Assembly: GCF_009914755.1 (NCBI RefSeq)
Contig: NC_060925.1
DNA: 64,000 nt
Origin: the human T2T-CHM13v2.0 reference genome, Homo sapiens
Strand: one strand, 5' to 3'
The position numbers and the translations under genes were made by a program. Under the pieces are notes generated by a model. The model searched no databases and was not told the DNA's origin. It saw only the letters and a program-made list of their open reading frames with translations. Of this stretch, positions 41,426-56,849 are shown piece after piece; the first letter of the stretch is position 1; each line of letters begins with the position of its first letter.

Positions 41426-41801
41426 ATAGGGACAAAAATTGGGACTATGAAAGGCTATAAGTAGAATAGAATAAAGTATTTACTTGTGATTCACATAAAT
41501 TAATCAGTTAAAATGATTATAAATAATATTTATAACAATAATATTTATAATTATATAATCTGTCAAGGATCACAGAATAAAATATCTTTTAAATATATAA
41601 TAGGACTAAAAATCCCACAATATTTTGTGATACTAGTTATGTAATAAAACAGTTTACCTTATTCTTCATTTAAATCTTAACATTCTTAAACTCAATCATA
41701 GTTTTAGAAAACTTGAAAATAAAACTCAAACATCTAAGTTTTTTGTTGCTTTTTTGATGCTCACCTCTCAAGAGTTTCATGAAGAAATAATAAATATAAT
41801 C

Positions 41802-42103
41802 TTTATTTTATTTTATTTTGAGACAGGGTCTTGTTCTATTGCCCCATGCTAGAGTGCAGTGGCGCAATCTTGGCTCACTGCAACCTCTACCGCCCGGGTT
41901 AAGGTGATTCTCCAGTCTCAGCCTCCCAAATAGCTGGGACTACAGGCACTTGCCACTGCACCTGGCTAATTTTTGTTTTTTGTAATAGAGACGAGGTTTT
42001 GCCATGTTGGCTAGGCTGGTCTTGAACTCCTGGCCTCAAGTGATCCACCCACCTCCGCCTCCCAAACTTCTGGGATTACAGTCATGAGCCACTGTGTTTG
42101 GCC
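41802..42103 (-). mobile_element. AluJ/early AluS
   Basis: Antisense Alu with (TTTTA)n tail; ctcctggcctcaagtgatcc. Confidence 0.93.
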
Positions 42104-42799
42104 TTATCTTTAATTTTTAAAACCATGTTCTTTGATTCTCTGGAGGAAACAGTGTTGGAATAAATAATAAATTTGTAAACCCAGAGTAGCATATAATCTT
42201 GACTTCATTCACAATAATTGACATTAAAAACAGCAAAGTACATCTCATAGTACCAAAATGCAAGAGGTGTGGGGAGAGACACAAACTGAAGGAAACACAA
42301 TAAAAAAAGAAAAGCACATGTCATAAGTCAGTTAAATTTTTGAACAGATTATTATCACATACAAAAAGTTGTCAACAATTTTATATATCTGATTCAATAC
42401 CTTGTCTCAGTGTCATGAGAACGCTAAGGAGTAACACAGGGTTACCTTTTTAAAAGACTTTATTCTTTTAGCGGTATGATGCATCTATCTTCTTTTGCAT
42501 TTAATTCAGAAACCGGAAGAATTTTCTCTGAGTTAAATTTGAGGTGGATGCCACTGTGCAGTTTCACTAAAATACCCAGACAGTTTGATATGATGTGCAC
42601 AATCTGTTAGCTCAGGAAGAACAAGAGAAAGATGTGGTTCTTGTGTATGTATGGAAAGTCATCATAACTTCCTTCACTCAGTTTCTGTCTTCTTCCAGTC
42701 AGGGATCTAGTAGCTTGACTATTCTTCATTGGTTCCCTTTCATTTACAGGTCACCCAACAAGACAAACCACACAGGTAATCTCTTCTGATCCCTGCCAT

Positions 42800-43179
42800 C
42801 GCCAAGAGTCATTTCCTGCCCTCATCACTTTCTAAATTCTATCCAATTCCCAGAATATCCATGCTCCTTCTCACTGTCCCTCATTCACATAATGCCTAAA
42901 ACACTATTCCTGCTCTTTGCCTGATGAGCCCTTACTCACTTGTCAAGACTCAGATCAAATTGTCAAGACTCAGATCAAATTGTCACCTCTTCTGGGAGGG
43001 CTTCCTCAACCTCTCTAAGTGGAGTTAATCATCTCTGCTCCCACAGTGTATTTTTTTGTTCTCTGTTAGTGATTTTCTTATTTAACTGTCTAGCTCCATT
43101 TCTACATTGGTAGTCCTGGGATGGCAGATTTTAGTCATCTTAGTATCACTACCTGGAGCCTGGTCTATACTTGATGTTT
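42800..43179 (+). mobile_element. L2 3' fragment
   Basis: tcaagactcagatcaaattgtcacctcttctgggagggcttcct...gagcctgg. Confidence 0.65.
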
Positions 43180-43190
43180 AAGAAATATAA

Positions 43191-43655
<465 letters not shown>

Positions 43656-45577
43656 TCATTTTGGGGAAAGAATGGTGGAGATGAACATCAGAGAATGCTT
43701 AGTGGCCCTAAATTTGAGCATGAAGACTTCTTGCTACTGGTGAGGGGGAAAGAGACAGATCATGCACACGCACTGAAAAAACAAAGGGCAACAAGAGTTG
43801 GACAAATTTTCAAAGAACTGCATTTCATCTATTTCAAGCGATCGTTTCTAAAGGGCACTGCTTCAAGAGTGTTTCATTGGAGTGTGGTTTTAATAAAGTC
43901 TAGAGCCATTTGCTTGTCCTCAAGATGTTCCTTGTAACTCTAAGGCTATATCTAAATTAAAGCTAATGACCAAACAGAGATATTTTTTTCTCTTTTAATG
44001 TCTAGCAGGAAAGAGCCGTTAGCAAATTTATGAATTAGAGTCTGTTTATAAGTTGCTGAGAAGAATCATCGTGTATTCCCTTAAGCAATTCCCTCTATCT
44101 TAAGAAGTTTAACTGATATGCTCAATGAGCAAGACTCATGGGATGTAATCAAAAGCAACTTTATTTTTTCTCCCATATTCTAATGAAATTTATTCAGTGG
44201 GGAGAAGTTCCTCCTCTGACCCTGGGTAAAAACTCACACAGGCTAAAATTTTGTTTATTCTTGAGTAATAAAAAGCCCTACAGCCATTTTAAGTCGCAAA
44301 CGTAGTCTTCACTGAATAATTAGAAATGTGTAGGGTCCTATGTAATAACCAAAACTTGTAATTTCATTCGCAGTTGGAGGAATTCTTTGTCCTTACAGAG
44401 GGCTGGATGCACAGCAGTACTTTCTCTTGTCTTTCTTCCTTCCTTCTCTCTGGCAAGTTGTTCTATTTGATACTGCCAGTGTTGAAATTCCAGAAGGGAC
44501 GGTGGCGAAGAGGCCCAGGTTTTACTTGGCTGACACTGCTGTGCAGTGGCATTGGAGGTTTAAATCTGTTCTTTCCCTCATGAGCTTTTTGCCGTTTCTT
44601 CAGAGACCCTCACTGGAAGCCTCTCTGACCCCACTTCCCTAGAGGAGGGTAATTTGGAACTCATATGGGGCATTTTCCTCTGCCTGGCTGTTCCCTTATC
44701 AGCCCCACATGGATCTACCCCGTTGGGCTTACCTTGCCCACCAGATCGTCCTCTTTATCCAGTTTTTCCATAGACTCCAGGCTGGCCCTTGCTTCCCTGG
44801 GCCACACTTTTGAATCCCGATAGCCACACTGGTGTAGCCCATGTCAATCTATTTCACTGCCTGCTACCTCAGATTGACAGCAGAGCATTTTTCCTTTAGA
44901 TTTCTCAGGTGTATGCCAGACACCAGTCCACTGTGCCCCCCGAAATCCAGGTAGCACATATCGGGGCATACATTTGGCCCTATTGTCTAAGCTTGAGCTG
45001 AGAGGAAGATATCTCCTTCCCTGTCTACTCACAGCACACTGAAGGCTGTCTCTAAAGAATGGCTTTCCTTACAAATCCTCTTTTAGTTTTCAAAATCTTG
45101 GCCATTTTATATCTTTGGTGGGGGTGAGGGTTTTCAAGAGTCCAATAACCACTTTTCACCCATTCATTTTTAAATTCTGGGCGTGAAATTCACCCTTTAT
45201 GGTATCTTAGTATCTGACTTGGTGAAACTTCCACTTTAAATTCCTGCTACCAAAGTAAATATTTACAAAATGGTTATATTAAGAGACTTGAATGTGTTAT
45301 CTTTCACTGATAGACATTATTGACTTTTACATATGAATTTAGCATTAATGATCTGTGTAGAGCCCCCTAAGTAACAAATAAATTAATTGTTTTTTATGCT
45401 TATAATATAGATCTTATCTTGAACCACTCACAGGCCTAGTGAGTGAAGAAGTGAACGTGTGAATTTTAATTATTCTTCAAAAATCCTCCAGATAGTAAGT
45501 GGATTGGATTCTAACATATACATGTATGTGTTTATTTGGAACCAGGAAGGCATTTACTTATAGAGTGCTATAAATAG

Positions 45578-45946
45578 TTGCTTTGTCCGTATTGTGCTGC
45601 AATAACAGAATAAATGAGACTGGGTAACTTACAAAGAACAGAGATTTATTTCTTATTGTTCTGGAGTCTGGGAAGTCCAAGTTTGATGGACTTGCATCTG
45701 GTGAGGGCTTTCATAAAGCATCATCACGTGGTGGAAGGCAGAAAGGCAAGAGATAGGGTGAGAGCAAGAGAGGTGCAAACTAGCTTTTATAACAAGTTCC
45801 CTCTTGCAATAACTAACCCACTCCTGTATTAATCTATTTATGAGAGGAGAGCCCTCATCAGCTAATCACCTCTTATTAGGCTCCACTTTCTGGCACTATT
45901 GTATTGGGAATCAGGTTTTATTGGCAGACACAGTCAAACCATAGCA
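45578..45946 (-). mobile_element. MST (MSTD/C-like) MaLR solo LTR, antisense
   Basis: gagactgggtaacttacaaagaacagagatttatttc...gcatctggtgagggc...caaaccatagca. Confidence 0.85.
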
Positions 45947-46007
45947 GTAGTTCACAATAGATTTATAGTTGAATTAAACCACAATCAGATATCTAGGTTA
46001 GCTCTAG

Positions 46008-46697
<690 letters not shown>

Positions 46698-46764
46698 AGA
46701 AGTGAGGGATTTTAAAATCTCTATCTTATACTGAATTGGATAAAATGTTTAAATAGCTATTATA

Positions 46765-46985
46765 GGCTAGAGGATACAAAGTAGGAGACATGGGCTGAAC
46801 GAGTCTAGAGATCTAATGATGAACATGAGGACTAGAGGGTAATACAATTGTATTATATTTGGGATTCATGCTAAATGAGTAGATTAGATTTTAGCCATTC
46901 TTGCAACGAAAATTAAAAAAATGTATAGCTATATGAGATGATGGATATATTTGCTTCATATAGTAACCTTTTTACTATTTTTACT
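46765..46985 (+). mobile_element. L1MA-type 3' UTR fragment
   Basis: gtctagagatctaatg...gctaaatgagtagatt...tatgagatgatggatata. Confidence 0.7.
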
Positions 46986-49900
46986 GTAGAGCAGACATTT
47001 GTTGACCCTGTGTTCTAATATTTCTCTCTGTCCAAAGCCAAGCTTTCTGTTCTGAGTTTCCTACATTCCTAATTCACCTTCCCTTTTCATAACCGCAATT
47101 CACATCAATACCACGGATCTAAGCTGTTGATAGTAGAAAGTGTTCTGATTGAATTAATTCACACCAGTGTTTAAATGGCTGGAAAATAGTTCATCCCGGC
47201 CAGGGATCCAATATTTTCATCCTTAAAAAGAAGGTTTATTATTTCAAATTAATTTCATGTGTAAAGGTATAAGAGCACCTCACATAGGGCTTGGCATATG
47301 TTAAGCTTTCAGTATTATTTGTTGAATGAATGAATGAATGAATGTTGGGCTTTCAGGCAGTATGAAGAATGAAGTAAACTTTTTTTGTGATTTAGAGAAG
47401 ATATTTTTAAATAGAGGTGGCACTTCCTGAGGTAGATAGCTTTAGCTTTAGAGTTAGCTCCTTAGACTATTTTAACTTCAAAGTTGTAAAGATGAAACCC
47501 ATAGAGTATTTACAAATTTTTAAATTTTCACAGCTCTATACCTAGAAGTAGAAAAGATAGGCAGTGGAAGATTGGGAAGTTTGGGGATTAGGATAGGGAC
47601 TATGATGACAAAAGTCAAGTTTGTAAATTGAGGTGATCTGAACTGAAATACAATATGGATAGAGTATAAAAACTGGGTTTTGCCTCAGGTTTCCTTAGCT
47701 TTTTGGTCCAATTTATCTGGATCCTTCTATGAAGTCCATATAAAATGTGCTCCCTGATTTCTTCCACAATTATTTTGCTTCTCTAAAAAAACTGTGCCAA
47801 AGGCTGGGCCCAATAGGGAAAGAAAAAAAAAAAAAGAAAAGAAAACTGCATTGTGTCTACCAGCAGTGATGATCAATATCTAAAGAGGAGGCTGATGAAC
47901 TTGTTTGAGCTACATCCTAAATTGAGTCAGGGCTGGTGCTCTTGAACTGTTTTCTCCAGCCTAGGCAATGGGTAATTTGGTCTGCAAAACAATGAGAAAG
48001 GCAATATTGAATTATGCATGCTCATAAAGTTCCTGAAATTACCATATAATTAATGCTAGATAAAACTACCCTTTACTACCATAAGGAGCAAGTGGGCACA
48101 GGTAAACTGGGGCATTTTCCAAATAAATACTGATATAAAGCACCAGGAGGAAAAATGGTTTGACAAACTCAATGTATGTTTCACATAGAGTAAGGCTGTA
48201 GGGTTAAAAATAAAAGACGGGTGGGGGAAGAAATGATCGATATGCAAATAATCTGAGGCTAATTGAACTTCCTAAGGGAGTCGAGTTTGGGAACCTGCTG
48301 GTTGTTTAAGAGCAATGAATTCTGAACCTGTACAACTGCACATTGAAGAAGATTATTCATGTACTTAAAGAGGTCATGGTACCTTTTAATGCAGCTGCAG
48401 GAATACTGCTATAAACACTGCACAGATAGTAATCTTTGAGCCTCAGATAGGAGCCAGAGTTAGCTTTGCAATGCTGCCTGCAGAAAGAAAGATCTCATTT
48501 GTGAAAATAACCACTATGTTTTCATATTGCCAGACATCTGCTCTTGGCTAAGAACAACATGAAAGGGGATTTGTTTTCTGGTAGGGTTCTGTCTTTCTGC
48601 AAAAGAAGATCTTCTTTTGAATTAATTGACCATCTCAACAGAATGGCCTACATTCATATCTACAAATTAATCTAATTAGGGCCTCCTCCTTGGGTTAAAA
48701 TTGCTATTTAACTCTTGTGGATGCCTAATAGCATTCTTGTTCCTTTGCTTTACATCAAGGTCAGCAATTACAAATGCAGAGTGCAAGGTATCTTGGGATA
48801 CAAAAATACATGATGTAAGAAAGTAGGAAGATTAACATTCTGTGGCACTTCTGGTTTGTGTATATCCAGCATGACACTCTCCTGTCTACACCTTTGAAGA
48901 TGAAGTACCTGAGCACAGAGAGGTTAAATAAATTGCTTAAGATTCCTCAGCATATAAAGTGGAAACCAGGTTTCAAATCTAGAGCTGTCCAACCCTATAA
49001 CATAGGATCTTCCCCCCTGGGTTATACTGGTTCCCTTAAGGAATTTCCTGGCTGCAGGAAAAGCAAGAATTATTAACAAAATATACCTTGAAATAGGAAG
49101 CACCTATGCTGGGGAGTAGGGGTGGGACATTTCTAGACATTTCATCAAATGGCTACTAACTTGACAGCATCTTCTGAGTACACTTAGTGTTTCAATGTTT
49201 TCTTCCCAGTGACACTGCAGTTTCTTTCAGGTCAAGATTTTTGACCTTAATCTTATTTCCCCCTATCGTGCCTAGCAAAGTATTGGTAACAAAGGGAAGA
49301 GTTCTGTTAACAAGTGCTGTCTCACTTTGAAAGGAACAAAGGGGTCCAAATAGAACCCCCGCTTTGTCATAAAGGTGAACTACTTGCATATTTCACAGCC
49401 ATGCATTTTGATGTTCAAAATTCAGAAGCCTATCATGTCTTTCTGACTACGAATTGTAGATATTTAGGCAAAGTACACATTTGTCTAAGAAGCCCTCTCC
49501 TGATTTAAGTAGCAAAGGGCCAGAAAACTGTTTTCTTCAGAAGGATTTTTTATGATGTGGTCAAAATGCCATGGTTGCCTAATAAATAGCAGGTCATGCT
49601 AATCGGTCCCTTATGGGTTCACTGTGATTTCACAGCAGACTCCACACACCAGCAACTTGAATGATGTTGACATTCTAGCTCTGAACAAGGTAAATACAGT
49701 TCAGGCTGGGCTATGAAATAAGTGGAAGTATCTATTTGGGGATGCTAATCAGATTTGGATACCGGCCCTTAAGTATTCTCATGATTGTGTTTTGGTTTTA
49801 GTTTTTAAAAAAATCTATGGGATTTTATTGAAAGTGAGAAAAATGAAATCTCCCAAATAAACATGGGAAGGATATTAAGTGGCCTGTGTACTGATAGAAA

Positions 49901-52900
49901 CTGAAATGTACTGCAGAAAAAAAAAAAAGAGCTATGCAAAATCCGCATTGTGTCCAGTTTCCTTGCTCTTTGATGAATACCAGACTTTGACATATCTGAA
50001 ATGGCTTGGAATTAAGTCAAAATGTCAATGGAGTTCCCAAACATATTTGTATATTCGCTAAAGAAGGAGCATTGGACTTTGAGTCAGGAGATGAGTTCTA
50101 GTCCTGAGTCAGTCATAGTCTGTGTGATGGCACAGAAGTCTCTTAGCTTTTTGTCTGTTTCAATGACCTCATGTGGAAAATGGGGAAAATAAGTCTTTCC
50201 TTGGCCAACCTGAAGATATTGTAAATATCAAAGATAATTGATGTATACTAGTAGTGAGAAGAATTTTGAAATGCTACAAAATGTGTATTATTATTATTAC
50301 TATCCAGAGATAAAGGTGTTAAAATGAAGATCAAATTTGATGTATCTAAAAGAGTTAAGCAATAAAATACTGTCTCAGCCAGATCTAGGCGATGTCTTTT
50401 GTTGATGACAGGAAAATATATGAGCATAAATTGGCTTTACTACCAACTGTTCCCTACTGTTTCCCAAGGAACATTCCCTTTCACCCCCCAAACAACAATT
50501 AAGCTGTAGAAATCTGTTATTGTGACATTTAACCATCAGACACTTACTTTACCATTTCACTACTTTCTTTTTTACTGTCCCTGGTGGTAAATTCACTGGA
50601 GATGGAAGTACTGGTAGCATGCAGGTTGGGCCTTTGGATTTCCAGCAGCAATAATTGCCTAACTGCTTGAATGTCAGTGGTTGGTGTTCAAAAGGACTCC
50701 ACTAACTGAGATTTACAAGTAGCCCCCTTTGATATTCCATTAAAAATATTGTAGAGGCAAAGTGTGCTCTGAGAAATTGTTAGGAAAACGTGTGAGTCAG
50801 GTTTCTAGAGTTCTGCCACATGCAGCTCTAGGTTCAACAAGGCAGCGAGTGCAGGGAAATGAGCGTGAGCTCCGATAGTGAAAACCAGTCTCCACATCTT
50901 AGCTCCTCCATTTGCTAGTTGAACTGATTTGATTTTAAGTAATTTACTGAATTATTCAGGGCGTCACTTTCCTTATCTGTAAATAAAGCACAATGATGCA
51001 CTCATTTATTTAACTGCGTGTGTTGAACACTTGCCACGTGGCAGATAAGTGCTAGATTTGGAGGAGCCAGTGAAGATCAAGACATACCCATGAAGGGTTT
51101 ACATATAGTGGGGAAACCAGAGAATAAACAGATCAACCAGTTCAAAAATAAGATCATAAGCCCCTCATTACAAAGTTTAGTGAGCAATCAATGAGGAAGG
51201 GGTATAGACTATGAGAAGTGTGATGTAATTATGGGATGAAAATAATAAAAATGGGGACAAGCAAGAAATCGAGCTGAAGGAATATACGTAGAGGACTATA
51301 TCTGATAACAACTATAGCTATCAGTGCATTCAGTAATAAAATAGCTATCATTGTTGAGCAATTATTATGTGTTTCATGCCATAAAGTTATTTATACATCT
51401 CATATTGTTCACTTTATATACCAATGAGGTCATTAGTATTGTCTCCTTTCACAGAGCAGGAAATTTAAACACAGTGAGGTGAAGTTATTTTCTTAGGTCA
51501 CACAGATTGTGAGTGATGGAGTTGGAACCTGATCCCAGGTGTTTTAATACTAAACATTCATGCACTTAGCCACTACGCTATACCACCATAACAAAACCTA
51601 TATCTAAATTTTATGGAAATATTAACTAAGTATCTGCTTCTCTGTCTACCTACCACAACCACCAATTATAAAGAAGCCTCTACAATTCAGGAGTGTGACC
51701 CATGAAAACATTTCATATTGTAATTTAAATGTCTGCTTCTCTTGTGGGGTTTCCAACTTCCACAGTAGAAAGTTCCCACTAATATATTTCCTTGACAAAT
51801 AAAATAAAGCAAGTGTGTTGTTCTACCTGGAAATCTTTAAATTATCTCTTTAGGCTTTCAGCATACAATTTACAAGTGACAGGCAGCATATTTCATTATC
51901 TTTATGTTTGAAATAACTTTCAAAGAGAGTGGAGAGGGGCGTTTGACATTATTGTAATCAATTCTGTCAGAAATATTATTGGATTTACTTGATTTTGTGA
52001 ACACAATCTTTTTTATTGTTATTCTGAATTTTCTCAGATGTTTTACAGGAGGCTAACATAAATAGTAAAATATGCTTCACCAAGACATCTGTTGAAAAAA
52101 TAATGAGGAGGTGTTCTTCTGAGCAGAGGCACTGTGTAAGCTGTGATGGCCTCTTTTTATAGCAAAAAGGCATATCCTCAGTGTCCTTGGGATAGCGCAA
52201 ACTCCATTCTCCTCCATCAGGAAAGGCAGTACAGTTTTCCACAGCCTGAATGTCAGCTGGATGTTGTGAGGTTCAGCAGGAAGGAATAGCATAGAGAGGC
52301 GCTAAAAAGGTTTAACTTGCACAGCTGGGAGAAGTCCCAAGCCCTGACGAATTTATGAATTAGTCTATGTTGGCACCTATCCAAGAAGACTTGCCCAAAT
52401 CTGGTGCTTTATTGGCTGAAAATCTTTGTGCAAGCTTCACTCTTTTGCCTGGTTACCATTTAAATATTGGGTCCTTCTCACTGGGACTTAAGGTTGAGGA
52501 AGGCACAGGGCAGACATCCCTGTTGTTGGTAACTCTATATGACTCATGTCCAACAATCTTTTGGAATATTATGAGGAAAAGTCTACCTGTGTCTCCGTTT
52601 ACGTAGTTAAGGGGAATCTGATTGCATTCCTGGGCACAATTTAAGACTGGAGTAGAACTATGCATTTTAAGTAAAAAATCTAAAAGCTTAAAATTATTAC
52701 CATGTGTTCTAGTTTACTCTTAACTGCTTTGTAACTGTTGTTATCTAAGTTTCCTAAACAAGTGATTCATTGATTTTATATGTAGACTCTGAGAGAGTAT
52801 TTGGCAGAGGCCTTTGACATAAATCAAGGAAGGCATTGTTATCCTCATTTTCTATATAAGGGATTTGAATATCTGAGAACCTAATAAAATTATCTAATGA

Positions 52901-55900
52901 CTCTTGGCTGTTAAATGGCAAAGCAGAGAGTGCTTAGAATCTAGATACTTTTCCTGTGATACCAAAATCTTGCATTTGGAAATACTTTTGCCATGTATTT
53001 ATAGTAGAGATGAGAACCTTGATTTTGCTTTTTCTAACTGTTCTACTCCCATGAATTAGTTTTTAAATCCTTTGGCTTGTAGTACTATGTGTGACTTGTA
53101 TGTATGTCTGATGTGAGTATGTATTTATATAAAATGAGAAATATTCTCAAAAGCCTAGAGGAGATATCTTTAAAGAAAATTTTCTTCAATCAACATTTAA
53201 AAATGGTGAGTTATTTATTTTTATTCCTCAAATAACATTGGGTTATTTTTGGTTATTTAAATAATATTTTGACATTTTCCAGCATGTTTTTTTGAGGGGA
53301 GGGGAGTAGGGCAGTGAAGAATAAGGCAGTGTCTTTCCCATTTTTGTATTCCAAGAGCCTAGCAAAGTAGCACGTAGTTCAGACTCAATAAAGGATTACT
53401 GAATGTTTAAAATTTTCAATTAGAATTCTGCAGAAAAGCAGTTTGATTCCTTTCAAACATATGTACCTACTCAAATTTAGCTAACATAAGCTAAAATTAC
53501 CTGGGAAAGTATCTGAAATGACCTATTTTGGTGAATAACTGAGTATACCTTCCAGTTAGCATATCAGATATCAGTATGTAAATGAGTACTTACAAACCAT
53601 TTGAAAATCTATAATTTGTGCCCTAAAGAGTCATAAGTACAGTATTGTATGCAGTTTCTTGTTAGAAATTCTGTGAGTTATGCAGTCAGATCCTGCCCCC
53701 AAGGGGTTAGTAGGCTTATTGGGGAAGGAAGGACTTAAGGTAGTTGAACTGCCTGGGGAACAATGCTAGTAATAAGGAATAGTATCAAGGGCCAAATAAG
53801 GCTTTAGGCAATACAGGTTTAAAACAAAAGTAACTTAAGAAGGCAGGACAAGAATAATGGGAAGGTGGAAGAGGGAAGTCTTCCTACAGAAAGTGGAATT
53901 TGAGCTAGAGTTATAAAGATTTGCATCAGCAAAGGCAGGGGAGGTTAGACCTAGACTGCCAAAGAGCTGGAAGGAAGAGACGAATGGGCACGGGAATGAC
54001 GCCATCAATGTGGATAGCAAGGCACAGTCGGGGGACTAATATGAATGAAACATGGTTTGTCCATCAAAGGTAATTCTGCCTTTGTTTTGCTGCCTGATAT
54101 TTCACAGATTTGTATCCAAATTGATGAAGTTACACTGTATGTCCTGTTGTAAATTTCTGTCTCTGTTTATCAGGCAACTTTCTCTCAGAAGCTCACTTGG
54201 AAATCAAGGGAAATAATACACCGTGCAGAGGAAAGAGAATCTGGTCCCTTGTGCCTCCCTGCTGTGGTGCAGCATGGTCTGATGACCAAGGGCACAGGAT
54301 CCTATTTCTAGGATTAGTCAGAAAGAATTGAGCACATGTCTGTAGACTTTTGCCTCAGTATTATATTTTAGATGGTTTAGTCGGAGCTGTTACATTTGGC
54401 AGCATTCCTTGTTAGCATTTGATAAACAATTATTGCCAAATGTTAGCAAGGAAACCTGCCAAATGTTACAGCTCAGATTTAACTGCTGAAAAAAATGCAG
54501 TTTGAAAAAGCCTTTTGCTACAGAGCTGTTGCCTGGTGTGCCAGTTCTGAAGCTGCAGGGGACCCCGGTTGGGAAAAATTGTGACTCTAAAGGTATAGGG
54601 CCTTTTGCCAGCAGTTCTGGGTTCCTCTCTGAAGTTATGAATTAATTGACACCTGTTGGTTTTCAAAGCAATAAGTTTGGGGCCAATTATTTATGGTGAA
54701 CATTTTGTTGCATGGCTTCTAGTCACATTTTATATTTGACACATTCTCTTTCATAGCACTTTTCACCAATAGGTAAACTGAAAGATCATCAATCATACAG
54801 TCTCATCTTGCTTATCTTTTGGTGGATTACCCAATTTCTTTCAGAGTCTAATGTTCTTTAATAGCTCCTCTGGGACTGTTCTTATTTCCCACTTCACCCA
54901 GGAGACATTTCTCCATCTTTTCATTCTTATTTTCCATCTTTGGTTTACCAATTAAAAAAAATACCAAGATAAAATGACCCCCTCCCCGTTTTTGATAGTT
55001 TTACCACCCTGGTAATTCAAGAGAATACTGTGGACATAGTGCATTTAGATTATAGTTGGCTACCATGTCAGAAGAATTCTGGTTATGTGATTAGGAACAA
55101 CATAAAAAATGGAAAGCACAGTTAAGCATCTTTATAGCCCATTGAACAGGTCTCTCAGTGGGAGCTGATTAGCTTCAAATTTGAAGGTCTTTATCTTGGT
55201 GTTTCACAGACCTTTGCTCTGGTCCCTGCCCTACACAATTTCACCAGAGGCTTGTGTTAGGATAGGCATTTTTATTGAATCTGTAACTGGTTTAAATCTT
55301 GGGGGATAACTAAAATGTTGGGAGATATTTAAGGTGAAGAAAGATAAAGAGGTTAAAACAGGGTAAAATACTGGAAAATCTGCTGAATAGGAATTGATTG
55401 AAAAAATTACCTTTATGTTCAAAAAGCCCTGGCATGGGTATAATTCACATTTGTATTTTCTCCCTGAGATCTAATCCCTCTCCCAAAATGGTGAGCTCGT
55501 TTTCCTCCAAACAGAAGCTCATAATACCAAATAACTTGCTTTCCTGGGGCAATGTTCCTAAGCAGCTCGAAAATAGATATATGACCTTGCCTTGGCCAAT
55601 CAGATGTGCTAGTATAAGACTTTAAATCTGAAGTTAGTGACTCAGGAATGAAAGAGAATGAAGTATTAATCTTGCAGGGGGTATGGTGGTATCTCAAACA
55701 ATTAGCATCAGTGGTTTTAGTAGGAGCCATTCACTTTCGGTGGCAGTGACAGCATGTACTTCTTATAATGTGTAATAATATTAATCACTATACTGACTTT
55801 ATCTCCTAATTATTTATTGAACTTTTCTAACCTCCCTATCACTACTACTGTTTTCTTGTTCATATCTTTATGATTTCTTCCCAAAGCAATATAAATGTCC

Positions 55901-56849
55901 CTTACCTGTATTGTTATATCTCCAATTCTATTCTCTTCATAATGGGTAACATATTAAGATATCTATATAAAAATGAAAAAAAAATGCTAGAGTATTTCTC
56001 AACCCAGAGGAAAGAGAAGATATAGTAGGGAGATGTTAGTTAATGATTCAAGATTCATAATGACATGGGACATGGGAGGGAATTAAGAGCATAATTAAAG
56101 GGAATAGCCTAGTCAAAAATGCAAAGAGGAAGAATGAAGATGAATACAAATAATTTTAAAAGTTGGGGTAAGAAAATGAGGGGTACTAGATGCTTTCACA
56201 CTTGTCTGTGAGGTAGAAGGCAAGATAATCTGGTAAGATTTGAAATCATCTTGGGGAGATAGAAGTTTTGGAATATCCACTGAGGGAACTATGAGCTGGC
56301 TAAGGAAAATGAAGTAATTACCATGATGAGGACTCAGCCAAGATTGACAACTACAGAAAGTGTTGCAGCATTAGCTGATATGCTTGTGAAAAGAAACTCT
56401 GGACAAAAATTGAAGGGGGATAAAGGAACTTACTTTGTGGTGGAAAAAGTAACTATGGACAGGCACCAACATATGGATTTTTATTCCCTCAAAGTTAGAA
56501 TAATTATGGAAAATGGCAAGATAGAAAGGAGTTGATTATTAAAATACAATGAAGGTAAAAATCACTGGAGTAATATTTGATCTAAAATCCTGGTTGCAAA
56601 TCTGTATTCTTTTCTGAGACCTAAACATATTTTCCTTAAAAGAGAGAGGAGTGGTAGTTTCACTGGCTGCTGCTGCTATTGACCCAGCATCTTAAGAGAC
56701 AGTGTTATATGAACAATGGAGCTTCCTACCTAAGACACAAATATGTCAGCAACAAAACTAATAGAAAGAATAGTAGAAGCCTAAATAAATAATATATATC
56801 TTAAAGTTCATATTACCTAAATTCCTACCCAGTTAATTCAATTTGTAAG

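Noticed and set aside
48933-48943. attgcttaaga, a partial match to mature miR-137
   Set aside because: 11-nt match inside a MIR with no hairpin; I did not see the miR-137 precursor anywhere in the window.
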